Virus record (IMG/VR): IMGVR_UViG_3300021962_000073
Span: 1 to 64,000 of that record
DNA length: 64,000 nt
Source of the DNA: a virus
Strand: one strand, 5' to 3'
Shown here: positions 1 through 10,602 of the stretch, one piece after another
How the letters are laid out: the number at the start of each line of letters is the position of its first letter
Numbering within the stretch: position 1 is the first letter of the stretch
The notes under the pieces: model-generated
The model's input: the letters and a program-made list of their open reading frames with translations, nothing else
What the model was told of the DNA's origin: nothing
Databases searched by the model: none
Translations under genes and position numbers: made by a program

Positions 1-86
1 TACTAAATGAATATCCTATACCTCCTACTCTCACGAAGTAAAGCATTCCAAGCCTACCTTCAATCTATCCGTTATAGTACCTGATT

Positions 87-653
87 ATGTTTATGTTTGA
101 TGTTGAGACATTGGGTAAAAAGTCCAGTGCGGTGATATTATCATTAGCCGCAACACATTTTGATCCAGACTCCAATCCCAGCCCAGATATACTCCGACAA
201 AATACATTCTTCATTAAGTTTGATGCCGAAGACCAGATCCGACGCCTCAAGCGTACCATTACACCATCATCCATTGAGTGGTGGAAGAAGCAATGTTATA
301 ATGCCCGAGCCAAATCCGTAATACCTACACCGATTGATGCCAAGTTTGAGGATGGGTATGAATACTTCCGTAAATGGTCACACCAGTATAAGGACTCTAC
401 CTGGGTCTGGGCAAGGGGTAATCTAGACCAATTAGTTATGGATGATATCGAAGAGCAATTAAACCTCGAACCAGTTTTTCCATACTCCCGCTGGAGAGAT
501 GTAAGAACCGCAATCGATTTCCTGTATAATACCACCAATGGGTATACATCAGTAGATTATCCAGGGTATGATCCAGCCCTCCATATCACCAAGCACAATC
601 CAGTAGATGATTGTATCAGTGATATCATGATGCTATTATATGGAAAGAAATAA
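87..653 (+). CDS. dexA: DEDD-family 3'-5' exonuclease (DexA-like)
   Basis: MFDVETLG, WARG..D, WRDVRT and H.P.DDC motifs. Confidence 0.75.
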   Translation: MFMFDVETLGKKSSAVILSLAATHFDPDSNPSPDILRQNTFFIKFDAEDQIRRLKRTITPSSIEWWKKQCYNARAKSVIPTPIDAKFEDGYEYFRKWSHQYKDSTWVWARGNLDQLVMDDIEEQLNLEPVFPYSRWRDVRTAIDFLYNTTNGYTSVDYPGYDPALHITKHNPVDDCISDIMMLLYGKK

Positions 654-713
654 CCTCCGCCAAAGCAGCCTTCGGCTAAAGAATATCCAAGACTCAACCT
701 GGATATTCCGTAT

Positions 714-1097
714 ATGCATTTATATCCTATTCACCTGCCTAATCCTAAGCCTACTATGAATAAACCAAACCTCCATGATATTATCGACCTAGCCTATCAA
801 GTAGAACAAACGAGGGATCCAGATATCAAAGCAGGATTAAAGAGATACCTATTATATCTAATTAATAGCCTATATTCAGATATACAACCACCAGAAGTAA
901 AGCCATATAATCTTTATTCATGTAAAGTATGTGGAGAAAATGGTATTGTTTGCGGTAGATCCGATTGCCCAACAAGAGTTACCAAAGATATACAACCACC
1001 AGTAACTCCATATCATGGATGTTCTATATGTGGATTAAATGGTATTAATGGGTATGTTTGCTATAGATCCGATTGTCCCACGAAAATAACCTGCTGA
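714..1097 (+). CDS. hypothetical protein with duplicated Cys-rich module
   Basis: DIQPP..PY..C..CG.NGI...C.RSDCPT occurs twice. Confidence 0.6.
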   Translation: MHLYPIHLPNPKPTMNKPNLHDIIDLAYQVEQTRDPDIKAGLKRYLLYLINSLYSDIQPPEVKPYNLYSCKVCGENGIVCGRSDCPTRVTKDIQPPVTPYHGCSICGLNGINGYVCYRSDCPTKITC

Positions 1098-1137
1098 GTA
1101 CACTACGGATAGTGTACCGATACACTACGGATAGTGT
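1098..1137. repeat. two tandem copies of hairpin TACACTACGGATAGTGT
   Basis: 1099-1115 and 1121-1137 identical; each is ACACTA-CGGA-TAGTGT. Confidence 0.85.
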
Positions 1138-1142
1138 GTAGT

Positions 1143-1490
1143 ATGCCAAAGGCTAAAGACCGATATAGGGAAAAGAATTGCCAGAAATGCGGAATAATCC
1201 ACAAAAAAAGAGGATTATTCTGTTCCCTTGTGTGCGCCAATAGCCGAAAGCACACCACCGAAAGAGTAGAGGCCCGAACGGAAAAGATCCGCGAGTATTA
1301 CCGCGAAACCCTCGAAGGACAAGCGACCACAAAAATACTATCGGATTTAGCGAAACAAACCCACAAACGAAAGGCCTCAGAATTAACTGGAGACCATGTA
1401 TTGACCGATGAAGACTGGCAACTTGATATACCATTGACCACCGATAATCTGGATGATATATACGACGATGACACGGATATATGGAGATAA
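1143..1490 (+). CDS. hypothetical Zn-binding protein
   Basis: CxxC and FCSxxC motifs; ATG at 1143. Confidence 0.6.
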   Translation: MPKAKDRYREKNCQKCGIIHKKRGLFCSLVCANSRKHTTERVEARTEKIREYYRETLEGQATTKILSDLAKQTHKRKASELTGDHVLTDEDWQLDIPLTTDNLDDIYDDDTDIWR

Positions 1491-1494
1491 TCGG

Positions 1495-1653
1495 ATGCCC
1501 ACACTTAAACACACTTGCGACAACTGCGAGAATCCATTTAAGATCGTCTATGACCCAGAGGTAACGACTGACGATCCGATTTATTGTCCTTTCTGTGCGG
1601 AGTATATCATAACAGAAAAGGATGATAGTGATGACCTGGATGTATCAGAATGA
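1495..1653 (+). CDS. small zinc-ribbon protein
   Basis: CDNC...YCPFC; GGAG RBS upstream. Confidence 0.65.
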   Translation: MPTLKHTCDNCENPFKIVYDPEVTTDDPIYCPFCAEYIITEKDDSDDLDVSE

Positions 1654-2044
1654 GCCAGTGACGGATGAAACTATAGAAGGCTACTATGGGTTTGTCTATA
1701 TTATAACAGATACCACAAACAACAAAAAGTATATCGGTCGAAAGTATCTAACGAAGGCTGGATATAAGACAGTAAAAGGTAAGAGAAAAAAGATTCGAAA
1801 GCCATCAGATTGGCAAGATTATTGGGGTTCGAATAAGCCATTATTGGAATCCATCCTATTGCATGGTAAAGAGAGATTTAATAGGGAGATACTAAGGCTG
1901 TGCAAAACACGCTCCGAAACCAATTATTGGGAATTGCACTTCCAGGTGACGCACCAGGTCTTGCTCTCCGAGGCGTGGTATAACGATTGGATATCGGCTA
2001 AGATTTCTAGAAAACACTTGACAAGCCTAAGGAACTCTGTATAA
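1631..2044 (+). CDS. denA: GIY-YIG endonuclease II-like
   Basis: YYGFVYII...KKYIGRK, DW..YWGSN, YN.WI. Confidence 0.75.
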   Translation: MTWMYQNEPVTDETIEGYYGFVYIITDTTNNKKYIGRKYLTKAGYKTVKGKRKKIRKPSDWQDYWGSNKPLLESILLHGKERFNREILRLCKTRSETNYWELHFQVTHQVLLSEAWYNDWISAKISRKHLTSLRNSV

Positions 2045-2076
2045 TGTCGGTGTTACCTGATGATATGGAGGCTATA

Positions 2077-2223
2077 ATGATCCAGAGTTATACAGTCCTT
2101 GCTAGAACTCCGATTAGTTTCTTCTGTGAGATTGTCATTGGCTTGAGTGAGTATTCAGCTAGACAAGCATTCCTGGCTAGGCATCCTGGCTATGAGATTA
2201 TATCACTAACCGAAACACAATAA
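2077..2223 (+). CDS. small hypothetical protein (48 aa)
   Basis: GGAGG RBS and open frame downstream of TTGACA/TATAAT promoter at ~2028-2045. Confidence 0.55.
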   Translation: MIQSYTVLARTPISFFCEIVIGLSEYSARQAFLARHPGYEIISLTETQ

Positions 2224-2426
2224 GGAAAATTTATGGATTACGAGACACTTATTACTATGGCTAAAGAAAATAACTGGCCATATGGCCTAAGCTATACAAA
2301 CAGTTACACTATATCATAGGTGCTGATCCGGATAAAGAAAATCTATTGCTCCAAGCTTTTAATAGTATGGAATATCCAGCAGGAGAAGTATTTGACTTAG
2401 GTGATCCGGAACAAGCATATCAGTAA

Positions 2427-2497
2427 TGTTGTAGGAAAACAACACTTGAAATAGTGCTTGACAGGAGTACCGGGAAGAGTAGAATAGATTCTGTTGA
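2427..2497 (+). promoter_or_regulatory. early sigma70 promoter with TGTTG-N8-CAACA element
   Basis: palindrome 2427-2444, TTGACA 2458-2463, 16 nt, TAGAAT 2480-2485, AGATTCTGTTGA. Confidence 0.8.
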
Positions 2498-2513
2498 GTG
2501 ATTGAGAGAAGAA

Positions 2514-2879
2514 ATGCGAACCGTTACCTACTACAATCTTGAGGGTACTTCCAAAGCGAAGACTCGCCAAGCGATTCTGTTTCAGAACGAAAAGACTGGA
2601 TTGCAAGCTTGGTTTCCTCTGCGAATTGTGAGCTACCGCTTCATTGGTCCTGACTTCCGTGTTCGTATCAGTGTTCCTGACTGGTTGCTCAGTAAAGTAG
2701 ACTGGAAAGAACCTGTAGTGAAACCCACGAATCCCTATATCGGTGCTGATGTAGGAAACATGATGGAAGAGCGAATGGTTCTCAATGAGCAACTAGACTA
2801 TATCGCGAAAGGTTCTCCAGAATATCTTGGTCTGGTAAATCGAATCCGTCTCATTGATGAAGCTGCTGCTCTTGTCTAA
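2514..2879 (+). CDS. hypothetical early protein
   Basis: ORF immediately after promoter. Confidence 0.6.
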   Translation: MRTVTYYNLEGTSKAKTRQAILFQNEKTGLQAWFPLRIVSYRFIGPDFRVRISVPDWLLSKVDWKEPVVKPTNPYIGADVGNMMEERMVLNEQLDYIAKGSPEYLGLVNRIRLIDEAAALV

Positions 2880-2883
2880 AGGA

Positions 2884-3180
2884 ATGAAAGTGAATACTGA
2901 ACTTGCGAATGCTCTGGATCGTTATGTCTCCGCTATTCGATCCTCCTATACTGGAAATTTGACTTTCGATGTCGATGTAGAATTTGGTCGTAAGTACGCA
3001 AAGGTTGTCAATATCTCATACGGAGGCGGTCGCTCCGTTCATGCTTTCGTTGATATGAAAACTGGCGATGTCTACATGCCTGCATCCTGGAATGCTCCTG
3101 CTAAACATGTTCGGTACAATCTACTGAACAACTTTCCAACCAATATCACCTGGTCTGGTGGCTACCTCTATCTTCGCTAA
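2884..3180 (+). CDS. conserved hypothetical phage protein
   Basis: GRKYAKVV..SVHAFVD..TGDVY.PASW.APAK motif typical of T4-like phages. Confidence 0.65.
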   Translation: MKVNTELANALDRYVSAIRSSYTGNLTFDVDVEFGRKYAKVVNISYGGGRSVHAFVDMKTGDVYMPASWNAPAKHVRYNLLNNFPTNITWSGGYLYLR

Positions 3181-3189
3181 GGAATTGTC

Positions 3190-3435
3190 ATGATGAATGA
3201 ACTCTATAAACGCAATCCTAAGGACTACGCACTGATGCTGGTCCAAGAGGGTCTTGTCGATGCGGAAGCAATGGTCCTAGCCTTGCTTAATGCAATGACT
3301 CCAGATGATGTCCTGTATGCTCTGGATGCGAATGAATTGTCTCCTCGCTTCAATGAGGATTACGATGACTCCATGGATGGAGATGATGCTTCCGCACTTG
3401 CATCCGCTGGCTGGGGAACTGACGAGGATTACTGA
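3190..3435 (+). CDS. hypothetical acidic protein
   Basis: AAGGA RBS; C-terminal DGDD.SALASAGWGTDEDY. Confidence 0.65.
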   Translation: MMNELYKRNPKDYALMLVQEGLVDAEAMVLALLNAMTPDDVLYALDANELSPRFNEDYDDSMDGDDASALASAGWGTDEDY

Positions 3436-3436
3436 T

Positions 3437-3508
3437 TGTTGCAGGAAAACAACACTCTGGAATACACTTGACAAGGCTACCCGAAAGAGTATAATAGATT
3501 CTGTTGAG
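3437..3508 (+). promoter_or_regulatory. early sigma70 promoter with TGTTG-N8-CAACA element
   Basis: palindrome 3437-3454, TTGACA 3468-3473, TATAAT 3490-3495. Confidence 0.85.
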
Positions 3509-3520
3509 TAAGGAAACAGA

Positions 3521-3892
3521 ATGAACTTTGCAACTAAGTGGGATCAGATGAGCGATCTGGAACAAGCCTCCGCGATTTGGTGGGACCTCTATAAAGATGT
3601 TCATGGAGTACGCCCTCGCGGAGTCGATACTTCCAACTGGACGCTTGCTGGCTTCAATGCTCAGATTAATGCACTCTCCACCGCTCTGGATGAGCAAATG
3701 GAAGAAGAGCGCGAGAATCAGGCTATAGCGGTTGCTCGATTCGAAAATCGTGTCCGAGAGTTCATTCTTGCTGGTGCTGGTAATCGTGAAACCGCTATAC
3801 AGTGGATCATGAATGAAAGCGGTGTAGGTGACGATTTGGATTACCTCGAATTTCGCTTTAGTCTTCCTTTTGGATATCTTCGTAATGTCTAA
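3521..3892 (+). CDS. conserved hypothetical phage protein
   Basis: WDLYKDVHGVRPR motif, RBS. Confidence 0.65.
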   Translation: MNFATKWDQMSDLEQASAIWWDLYKDVHGVRPRGVDTSNWTLAGFNAQINALSTALDEQMEEERENQAIAVARFENRVREFILAGAGNRETAIQWIMNESGVGDDLDYLEFRFSLPFGYLRNV

Positions 3893-4166
3893 TGTATTTT
3901 ATTCCGAGATTGAAATTCTCATCCAAGCACTGGAAATGCAGGTCGCTAAACCCGCTCGTGCTGTCGTGAACTTTGAAGCCTCTTTCGTTCGGGAACGTCT
4001 TCAGAATGCTGGGTATGATGACCTTGCTCGGCGATACTGGATCTGGACCTGTTCGAACTGGAAAGCTAATCCAATCTTCGGACCAGAGGTTCTAGCCTTA
4101 CAGAAGGAACTTGAAGAGATTGATCGCCAAAGCACTATGCCTTCCTGGGGCACTTACGGAACTTGA
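3885..4166 (+). CDS. hypothetical protein
   Basis: ORF coupled to upstream gene. Confidence 0.55.
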   Translation: MSNVFYSEIEILIQALEMQVAKPARAVVNFEASFVRERLQNAGYDDLARRYWIWTCSNWKANPIFGPEVLALQKELEEIDRQSTMPSWGTYGT

Positions 4167-4169
4167 CTT

Positions 4170-4229
4170 TGTTGCAGGAAAACAACACTTGACAGGTACT
4201 CTAGGAAGAGTATAATAGATTCTGTTGAG
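4170..4229 (+). promoter_or_regulatory. early sigma70 promoter with TGTTG-N8-CAACA element
   Basis: palindrome 4170-4187, TTGACA 4189-4194, TATAAT 4211-4216. Confidence 0.85.
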
Positions 4230-4395
4230 TGATTGATTGGAGTTGATGATGATTGTTTCCACTGCGATAGTAGCCCTTGTTTTTGTCGGTGTTGTTGTAG
4301 TGTTTTTCGTTTAAGTGAGATGAAAATGATTCTGCCCAGTGTGATGTTTGTTGGTCTTCTCTCTTTCGTGTTTGTTCTTGGAATGGTGCTCTAAG

Positions 4396-4644
4396 ATGCG
4401 TACTCGTTCAGTGATTCGTGGTTTGAAAAATTCTCAGCGCGTCCGTGTGATTGTCAACGGTGTCGGTTTCGTGACTACCGTTGAGGGTATGACTCGGATG
4501 ACTTTTACTGAACAGCGGGTTGCTGCTTGGAATGCTCTAGAGCATATCGCCCGTGAGAAAATCACTGGGTTTGCTTATACCAGTACCTTCTACAATGATC
4601 GCATGGAACGTACTTCCGTCGATGTTCAAGTGGATCTAATCTAA
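4396..4644 (+). CDS. hypothetical protein
   Basis: ORF (MRTRSV...), stop overlaps next start. Confidence 0.55.
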   Translation: MRTRSVIRGLKNSQRVRVIVNGVGFVTTVEGMTRMTFTEQRVAAWNALEHIAREKITGFAYTSTFYNDRMERTSVDVQVDLI

Positions 4645-4889
4645 TGAATGACCAAATCGTGAGTCGCCTTGGCTATACTCATGGCCAACTGAATGATGCT
4701 TTTAAACTCATTCAAAATCCAGAACACTGGAAACTTCCTATCGATGCTTGGATTCATCCAAATATGTTCGAAGTCTGTAATGAGGCTTGCATTCACTTTA
4801 CTGGTGGTCCTCTGTATCGGCGAGGTACTGCTGGAGATGCTGCACTTCGCGTGACTGCGGATGGCTATTATCAAACAATCGGAGCTTAA
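4644..4889 (+). CDS. hypothetical protein
   Basis: translationally coupled ORF. Confidence 0.6.
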   Translation: MNDQIVSRLGYTHGQLNDAFKLIQNPEHWKLPIDAWIHPNMFEVCNEACIHFTGGPLYRRGTAGDAALRVTADGYYQTIGA

Positions 4890-4892
4890 ATT

Positions 4893-5276
4893 ATGATGCC
4901 TCCTGGAACTTATTATGTCGGCGACCTCTGCTATGTCATGCACAATGAATGGGATGAATTTTGTGAATTGACTACTAAAGGAATGCGATGCCTGGAAGGT
5001 GAATTTCAACTAGCAGATGGGCGTCGATTTGCAACATTCTCTACTATGTACGGAGATGGTGAATACTACGATCAATACGGAAATGCATATCCTGTGGATG
5101 CTGGTTTGATTGGTTGTATTCGTGTGGAAGACTTGACTGAAGAAATTCAATTCGAAGTTGGCAAAGTCTGCCAATTCAACTATGAGTTTGAAGTCTACTC
5201 TCAGGATGGTGTAATCACTATCGGAAGTGTGGTTATCGATACCTCTGGAATGTTTGAGGATGGATATGATGAGTGA
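4893..5276 (+). CDS. conserved hypothetical phage protein
   Basis: GTYYVGDLCYV, T.YGDG.Y, VDAGLIGCI motifs. Confidence 0.65.
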   Translation: MMPPGTYYVGDLCYVMHNEWDEFCELTTKGMRCLEGEFQLADGRRFATFSTMYGDGEYYDQYGNAYPVDAGLIGCIRVEDLTEEIQFEVGKVCQFNYEFEVYSQDGVITIGSVVIDTSGMFEDGYDE

Positions 5277-5646
5277 TAGACCTACTTGCTGTAATATTGG
5301 TTGCAATAACCTCTGTACAGAATCAGGAAAACTTAAAAGTAGGATAATTTATCGCCCATATTGTTCTAGTTGCCATCTTGCATCCAGAGGTAAAAGACCT
5401 TATACCAAAGGTGTGACTCCAGCAAAAAAGGATTATTGTGAAAATAAAGATGAACGTCTAGGATTTAAGTGTTTTGCTAATGGTAAAACCATGCCTGGCT
5501 TTATGCTGGATCTAGATCATATCTCCGGAGACCATCATGATAATCGATTAAAAAATCTCCAGACTTTATGCAAATGTTGTCATGCAGCCAAAAGTAAACT
5601 TTTCGGAGATACTTCCAGACAGTATCGATATGGAAATGTTGCTTAG
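5266..5646 (+). CDS. HNH endonuclease
   Basis: LDLDHISGDHHDN...NLQTLCKCCH. Confidence 0.8.
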   Translation: MMSDRPTCCNIGCNNLCTESGKLKSRIIYRPYCSSCHLASRGKRPYTKGVTPAKKDYCENKDERLGFKCFANGKTMPGFMLDLDHISGDHHDNRLKNLQTLCKCCHAAKSKLFGDTSRQYRYGNVA

Positions 5647-5712
5647 GAACAACACTTGACTCTCCTACTCTACTATGAGATAATATGTGTGTCGAAACAA
5701 GGAGTGTCAAAA

Positions 5713-6093
5713 ATGAGACCACTAATTTCTGAACGTAGAGCAAAGGCTGAAGCAAAGAGAATTCATGAACTTGCTGTAGCCAAACATACTAAACATGGTG
5801 TAGTTCGGACTCGAAAGGAAATTGTCGCTGTTGTCGGTGAGATGGAAGAAGGTTCGGAGATTGAAGCTTGGCGTATGGCTTCCGCTGCTGCAATTATGGT
5901 CTACTGGCCAAGTGGTCCTAAATGGTCTTCCAAGAAAAAAGCGGAATACGTGGAAAAAGCAAGGGCTGCAACTAGATTGGTTCACTACTATCTTCGCCCA
6001 TATATCGAAGAGTATAAGGCTGAGTTTGTTGCTTCCGCTGCTGAATGGGCTCGAAAAGAAAAACTGAAAGAGGAACGAAAAGCCTCTAAATAA
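5713..6093 (+). CDS. hypothetical basic protein
   Basis: GGAG RBS; follows promoter 5637-5684. Confidence 0.6.
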   Translation: MRPLISERRAKAEAKRIHELAVAKHTKHGVVRTRKEIVAVVGEMEEGSEIEAWRMASAAAIMVYWPSGPKWSSKKKAEYVEKARAATRLVHYYLRPYIEEYKAEFVASAAEWARKEKLKEERKASK

Positions 6094-6094
6094 G

Positions 6095-6153
6095 TGTTGT
6101 TTTTCGGCAACATACTTGACAAGACTCCTGAAAAGAGTATAATCGATTCTGTT
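6095..6153 (+). promoter_or_regulatory. early sigma70 promoter with TGTTG-N8-CAACA element
   Basis: palindrome 6095-6112, TTGACA 6116-6121, TATAAT 6138-6143. Confidence 0.85.
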
Positions 6154-6173
6154 GTGATTGATTTGAAAAGCAA

Positions 6174-8584
6174 ATGAAAATTGGTGATATCGTCAAGTCT
6201 CTAGACTTCAATGGAATTGATAACTGCTATATGGTTGGCACAGTTGTTGGTGTGTTCAAGTCTACCGGTACTTTTCGGGCTAAGTTCATCAAACGTGTCT
6301 GGCAAGGTGAAGTAGATAAAAAGTTTAAAACCGATTACTTTACTGCTCCATTGCAAGGTACTTCCTTCATGGACTCCGATGAATCTCCTCGCGTTATCGT
6401 GGTAGTCTAATTATGAAAATCAAATTCTATAGTGATCCTGGGCATGGCTGGGGTGCGGTTAAACGTAAGGTCCTGGTTGAACTTGGTATTCTGGAAAAGA
6501 TTACTCCGTTCAGTTATCAAAAAGGTCAAACTGTCTACCTAGAAGGAGACTGCGATTTGGCTACTCTCACTACGACTCTTGCACTTCGCGGTGAAACAAT
6601 CGAATATATTCATAAGTATACGGATTCAAGGTCTTCTATTCGATCTTATTCTAACTTTACTGTCTGAGTGATATCATGAAAGTTTGGTATAAAGGCACTC
6701 AATATTACATTATCTCCTCTTTTGGAAATATAATTGAAATTGCACCTACTCAATATGGTGCTGGTTCTTTTATTGTTCATCGAGATTTTGTAAATCTATG
6801 ACCAATCCTGAAATTCAAAATCATCTATATCAATGGGCTTGCGCCAAGGGCTTTGATGCGCCCTATGGCGTATTGACCGGATCCGCAACTAATCGAAGCG
6901 GGCGTAGGCACTTTACTGTTACTTTTGGGCGCGCAAGAACTTTGGACGCAACAGTTGAAATCTATAGTCCAACCTTCCTGCGCCTCCGTACCTCTAATCA
7001 TGGGAATGAGATATTCCGCGATCTACCTAGCCTCCTGGCTAAATTGGAGACTCTATGAAAATTGTAATTAATGCTTGTCATGGTGGCTTTGGGCTATCAG
7101 ATAAAGCACTGGAAATTTATCGCAAGGAAGTAAATGATCCTGAAGCGGATGAATGGGATATTCCTCGGGATCATCCTGTTCTAATTCGACTAGTCCAAGA
7201 ACTTCGCGATGAAATCAATACTCGTTTCTCGGAACTTAAAATTGTAGAAATTCCTGATGGTATCGAATGGACAGTCTGTGATTACGATGGATTAGAATGG
7301 GTGGCTGAGGCTCACCGTACTTGGAGTTAATCATGGGAACTAATTATTACGTTGCGTCTAATCACTGCGAGTGCTGCGACCGATATGATGAAGAATACCA
7401 TATCGGCAAATCTTCTGGTGGTTGGGCATTCTCTTTTCGTGGATATCGTGCTGAACGGCTTGTAAGCTGGCAAGCTTGGAAAGAATTTCTCAAAGATAAG
7501 ATTATCATGGACGAATACAGAGAACGTATCGACTACGATTGGTTCGTCCATTATATTGAAGGACCAAAAGCGCCAAAGTATACAAATACTCATGGGCATA
7601 AAAATCTTCAACATAATGACGAAGGACGAAAACCTGACAAGTTTGGGCATTCATGGTTCAATCCCGAATACGATTGGGATGATCCAGAAGGATATGCTTT
7701 CTGTAGTAGGGAGTTTTCATGAATGAAGATCAACTAATCTATAATGCATGGCGCGATTCTGAAGCATACCAAGTACCCATGACAGAAGAAGGTATGAGAC
7801 TTGCGGGAATTAGATTTGAGACTTTTCGCAAAGGCTGGGAATATCATAAGTTCTACTCAGAACATGGGGATGTCTATATGAAAGATTACCTTGAACATGG
7901 ACCGAGGGATAATGATGAATGATAATTGGTGGGTCTTTCCCGTAGCAGGTTTAACACTTGCTGCTATTATTTTACTAATTGTTATTGGTGGCAAGTTGGA
8001 AAAGATGCGTATTTACAACAACTGTCTTGACAAGAATGGCACCATGCTGTATACTGATGCTGTTAAACATTGCAAAGAAATTGTAAAATGATGCTTTTTG
8101 TCAGACCAAAAAAACTTTATTATGTTTTGTTGTATAAAGCGAGAACCTTTCCCAACGGTGGTTGGTCTAACTTTATTGCTACACCATACCTTGGTAAAGC
8201 ACGATACTACGCTAAGAAACTGAAGCGGCAACACCGTCAAATTGATGTACGGGTTCGTGGTAAACGTAAAGCATATGTTCTAAAAGGAAGTTGGCTATGA
8301 ACTTCATCAAGTGTCATAAATGTGGGCGTGAAGAACCAGCATTTGACTATGCACATATCTGTGGTCCGGTAGAGATAAAACAACCTAACAAACGAATTGA
8401 ACTAACAAGACCCGACGGAACACCTTACCTAACACTTAGAAAAGATAGTCGGCTTGCCTATATTCAAATTCATGATTATGATTACTTCGGTGATCCTGTA
8501 GAGTTTAATTTTGATGTGAGAGCAATATCTATGTTGATTGATGGGCTAATTCAACTGAGAGATACTAATGAACAAACGAATTGA
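6174..8584 (+). other. cluster of ~10 small coupled hypothetical genes (6174-6410, 6413-6667, 6798-7058, 7055-7330, 7333-7722, 7719-7922, 7912-8091, 8088-8300, 8297-8584)
   Basis: dense same-strand ORFs with overlapping stop/start codons. Confidence 0.6.
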
Positions 8585-8801
8585 AGAACTAGCACAATGT
8601 AATGAACGCATTCTAAATTTCTTTCAAACAGGTCCCGTTCAACGTGCTGCCATCGAAGAATTTGCCGAGTTGATTGTTCGGGAATGTAATCGTGCTGTGC
8701 TTGAAGTGCCTTGTTACTACAAAGATTACCGCAGTCAAATTGAAGAGGCAGTTATCAATGACTGTGCCCGTTCGGTACTTGAACATTTCGGAGTTGAATA
8801 A
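8568..8801 (+). CDS. MNERI/FAELIV/HFGV paralog family member 1
   Basis: MNKRIEELA..EFAELIVREC..EHFGVE. Confidence 0.65.
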   Translation: MNKRIEELAQCNERILNFFQTGPVQRAAIEEFAELIVRECNRAVLEVPCYYKDYRSQIEEAVINDCARSVLEHFGVE

Positions 8802-8934
8802 TGGATGAAACAATTTACCTTCTTATTGGGTATGCACTAGGTATTATTATTGGCTATATTATCTGGGCACCCGATACGACATTCAAACGTAATTTTGTAG
8901 ATGGATTGACTCTGCGATTTCTTTGGGGTAAACG

Positions 8935-9225
8935 ATGAACGAACTAATTCTAAAACTAGCTAAAGAAACTGGCATCTCTTTTGGTGGTCACCCTATGAAT
9001 CCTCTAAATGTTTATCCAAGCGAACTTCAAAAATTCGCCGAGTTGATTGTAGAGGAATGCGCTGATGTATTGAGAGCAGAATCCGAAAGACTCTACAAAC
9101 TTTCAGCAGAAGAAAAAGACGAACTTTTTGCCAGTAATTTTGAAATCTGCGCTGAGAAGTGTTGGGATAATGAAGTAGCAATTAAAATGCATTTTGGTGT
9201 TAAACCATTTGGAGATAAAGAATGA
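8935..9225 (+). CDS. paralog family member 2
   Basis: MNELILKLA..KFAELIVEEC..MHFGVK. Confidence 0.65.
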   Translation: MNELILKLAKETGISFGGHPMNPLNVYPSELQKFAELIVEECADVLRAESERLYKLSAEEKDELFASNFEICAEKCWDNEVAIKMHFGVKPFGDKE

Positions 9226-9467
9226 ACGAACGAATTCGAGAACTTGCTAAAGACGCTGATTTAGACTGGCACAAACACTGGAATGATGATGAAAGCAATC
9301 GGCTAGAAAAGTTTGCCGAGTTGATTGTTCGGGAATGTATGATATGTGGTGATAATTTAGCCAAGCATTATATCAATACTCATCCCGAAAAAGAACAAGC
9401 GTGGTTGTTGGCTGCTATTGCTGATTACGCAAACGAGATTGAAAAACATTTTGGAGTTAAAGAATGA
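9222..9467 (+). CDS. paralog family member 3
   Basis: MNERIRELA..KFAELIVREC..KHFGVKE. Confidence 0.65.
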   Translation: MNERIRELAKDADLDWHKHWNDDESNRLEKFAELIVRECMICGDNLAKHYINTHPEKEQAWLLAAIADYANEIEKHFGVKE

Positions 9468-9850
9468 GCCAAGTAGTAAGAGCACTTGAAGTACACGATA
9501 CCGGTGACCGAAAACTTATCAAAGAAAGTTTCTCTACACTGTTCCAAGATGTGTTCAATATCAAGTCACATACACAAGACCTAAAAGGAACTGAGGGTAT
9601 TGCAAAACAATATCGAATCAGTGTCACAATTGGTTCTCAGGTCCATGTAAGTGACCTTGACCTTCTTCAAGAAGGTGGTGATGCACTAGAGGAAGCAATT
9701 CATCGAACCAAGCGCCAAGTTATTGAAGCCATCTATGGTGAGTTTCGACAAGACCTGATGTTGACTGAACGTGCACTATATGATCGTGATTTTCAGAAAG
9801 CACGAGATTGTCTGAGGATTCTAGAACAGAAGATGTTTGGGATTGAATGA
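9464..9850 (+). CDS. hypothetical protein
   Basis: ATGA-coupled ORF. Confidence 0.6.
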   Translation: MSQVVRALEVHDTGDRKLIKESFSTLFQDVFNIKSHTQDLKGTEGIAKQYRISVTIGSQVHVSDLDLLQEGGDALEEAIHRTKRQVIEAIYGEFRQDLMLTERALYDRDFQKARDCLRILEQKMFGIE

Positions 9851-10071
9851 TGAGCGAACTGATTCAAAAATTTGCAGAACAAGCAGACCTCTTTGCTGAT
9901 TCCAAACTTTTAATGAAAGGTGAATTTCATCCTGATTGGCATGACATTCGTGATGAAAAGTTTGCTGAATTGATTGTTCGAACATGTATCGCAAAATGTG
10001 ATGACCTAAACAGCATGAAATATATTGCCCAACATTTCGGAATTAAAGTTCAAGGATTGATAGATGAGTAA
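9847..10071 (+). CDS. paralog family member 4
   Basis: MSELIQKFA..KFAELIVRTC..QHFGIK. Confidence 0.6.
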   Translation: MMSELIQKFAEQADLFADSKLLMKGEFHPDWHDIRDEKFAELIVRTCIAKCDDLNSMKYIAQHFGIKVQGLIDE

Positions 10072-10602
10072 AATCGTGTTATCATGTGGGCATGAAGTTG
10101 ATGACTTTTATCATGTGCATAATGTTATGACTAAAGCAACTGACCGCGAAGGTAATAAAGCCATTGCATATCAGGCTGTATGTGGTGCATGTGAAGATCA
10201 GTATCGGCAACATGGTGAAATTTTTGATAACATTGAAGATGCTGAAGCATGGCTTGAACGGGAGACTTGGTGATGAAACTCAGTGAACTGCATCGATTGG
10301 TGAATGTATATCACGATGAAGAACGTATGATGCGAGAAGATCCAGAAGTTGTAATTCAAATTAAACTTCCATACTCAACTGTAGGTGCTCATCCAACAGT
10401 TAAGATCAAACACATTAGTATGGGATTTGATTGGGATGCAGGTAAGTTCATTATCACACCAGAAGAAAACCTAACACCTGCTGATCGAGACTTTGCTGAA
10501 CAGATGCGAAAGATGCAGGATGATTTGGGTTGGGTAAAGTATGAGAACCGTAATCTCAAAGCAGAAATTAAAAAACTGAAAAAACAACTTGGCACACCAT
10601 AA
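10064..10602 (+). other. two hypothetical genes (10064-10273, 10270-10602)
   Basis: coupled ORFs. Confidence 0.55.

Noticed and set aside
1-2400. Apparent compositional difference from the rest of the window
   Set aside because: Visual impression only; cannot be quantified without computation.
5266-5646. HNH gene as intron-encoded homing endonuclease
   Set aside because: Free-standing, interrupts no gene, and no group I intron core seen.
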